Assembly: GCA_051362555.1 (NCBI GenBank)
Contig: CM120646.1
Span: forward strand, 1,612,001-1,676,000
Length of the DNA stretch: 64,000 bases
Source of the DNA: Lingula anatina
Taxonomy: Eukaryota > Animalia > Brachiopoda
Reading direction: 5' to 3'
Under the pieces are notes generated by a model. That model made no database searches. It worked only from the letters and a program-made list of their open reading frames with translations, and had not been told where the DNA came from. This document shows, piece after piece, positions 62,418 through 64,000 of this stretch. Each line of letters begins with the position of its first letter. The first letter of the stretch is position 1. Position numbers and translations under genes: made by a program.

Positions 62418-64000
62418 AGCTTCTACCTGCCCGTACACGTGTTAAACGTTACACATGGATGTGCTAGGCTGTCAGCGCTCAATGAGAATGTGTTGGAACA
62501 AATTGCACTACTTTCATCATATGATACGGGTGTTTGCGTTTTACCTTGACTTTCATAATAATCTTACCCCTGTGATTGGTACCATTGAAGACCTCTGTAG
62601 TTCATAGTTGTCACCCCCTAGTCATATTTTTAAAGTCAGTCATCATTGCCCCATAATGCTACGAAAGTGTAGTTTTTCAATAAACATAGGGCTAATTAAA
62701 GTTGTAAAACAAAGATGAAATACAGGTTACCGGCGAGCAGGATATTTTGTATGGCAATAGGAATATTTGTCTGCCTCGAACATGGGTATTGTAAAAACTG
62801 AATGGAAGCTCTATGTGATTGCCTCAAACATTTCTGGTTAAGCAGTGCTAAGATTTTAGAAATAAATTTTACGTTTTTCCAAGGGGCCCAAACTCTATAT
62901 GGACACTTGTCTTCTATCTAACGTTATGTCGTCGATCGTAGTGAGATGCTGACCGCTTTGTTTAGTAAATTATTGAATTTAATTAGAGAGATCAAATTCA
63001 TCAGACCGCTGAATATCATAGTATATTCGTTACGCCTTTTAGTCGCCCAGGATGAAAAGCGATTTGGGATTCCAAGAAAAGTATACGTGAATTCTTGGAA
63101 AAGGATCCAATGTTAAGCACAGAGTAAGCTTTTCCTGATATTATCTGAAGCATACTTACTTGAAGAACATGCAATGCGATAATAAATCAATCTGGCGGTT
63201 GGAATTGAAATTGGAAAGAAACATTGAATGATTCATTTTATTACAATTGGGCCTGTCTCCTCAGCCCATTACATGTATCAAAACACCAATTATTGATGCT
63301 GCCACTTTCTGGGGATTTGATGTAATGTTGGCTTTGCATTTGACAATCATTCTAATTGCTAGTTTCTTCGTGTAGAGAAGAAATATTCATCGGCGCCAAA
63401 TCCCTTGCCTGGTACACAAAACTTTGATATATGAGATACTAAATCAGGTCTTCTTTGATACACACAATCAGCTTATATTATTATTGCCTCTGTCGTCTGC
63501 CTCAGTCTAAATCAAGGCACGGCTCCAAATGGTGAGAGATAATTGATGACGCTGTCTTATGTAATACTGGATACTGATTCATATTCCAAGGCAAGCAGCA
63601 CCAAGAGGCACTCTTTTATAATGTTTGACTAGAAAAAAACAGGATTCAATCTTGAAATGATACATTTGTATCAGTTTTCTGAAAAAAAATTTAATGTGTT
63701 CAGTCGTTTTGGACGAACTAAGCCCCTACACAGCACAGATACACGCCCTGTCCGTAGGTACGGTATTCTAGGACTGACAAATCTGATTGCATTTATGAGT
63801 TCTTTAAGATAAAGAAATATTGCGGAAATTTGTGTTGGTGTTTCCCCTTTTCTGTGAATTTCAAAGATAGCTCTTAAGAAAAAACATTTAAGATTAATAT
63901 ACACATAATTGGCGTTATTTTGAACACACGTATGTTTGAGCTAGGATTTATATCTAGTATTGCTAGAAACCTATTTAGCACATCGCAAACAAAATTAGTT

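Noticed and set aside
1-64000. Remaining 60-130-aa ORFs in the track
   Set aside because: Low-complexity or microsatellite-derived, many with non-ATG starts and no motifs; expected by chance in intronic and intergenic DNA

Overview
AT-rich, microsatellite-containing animal genomic DNA (an invertebrate, probably a mollusc or other lophotrochozoan; this is inference). It is not prokaryotic, and nearly all short ORFs in the track are spurious. The main feature is a complete, very young Ty3/Gypsy LTR retrotransposon on the minus strand (15604-22626). It has two 615-bp LTRs that look identical by eye, an ATAT target-site duplication, a tRNA-Leu-type PBS, a PPT, an intact gag, an intact pol reached by a -1 frameshift (GGGAAAC plus a hairpin), and no env. 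Two traits of the element are unusual. Pol carries an extra Cys-rich segment and a predicted transmembrane/polybasic module between RNase H and integrase. The U5/PBS junction is an array of tRNA-3'-end-complementary motifs spaced exactly 30 bp apart. The element appears to sit in an intron of a minus-strand host gene with several alternative phase-1 first exons (38.5, 32.8 and 14.6 kb) and a 30-nt microexon (31.07 kb); its common exons are probably left of the window. A plus-strand exon encoding a single-pass membrane protein lies at 48870-49422. The window also contains several MITEs and long palindromes, and a sharp shift from CpG-poor to CpG-normal sequence at about 30.6 kb.
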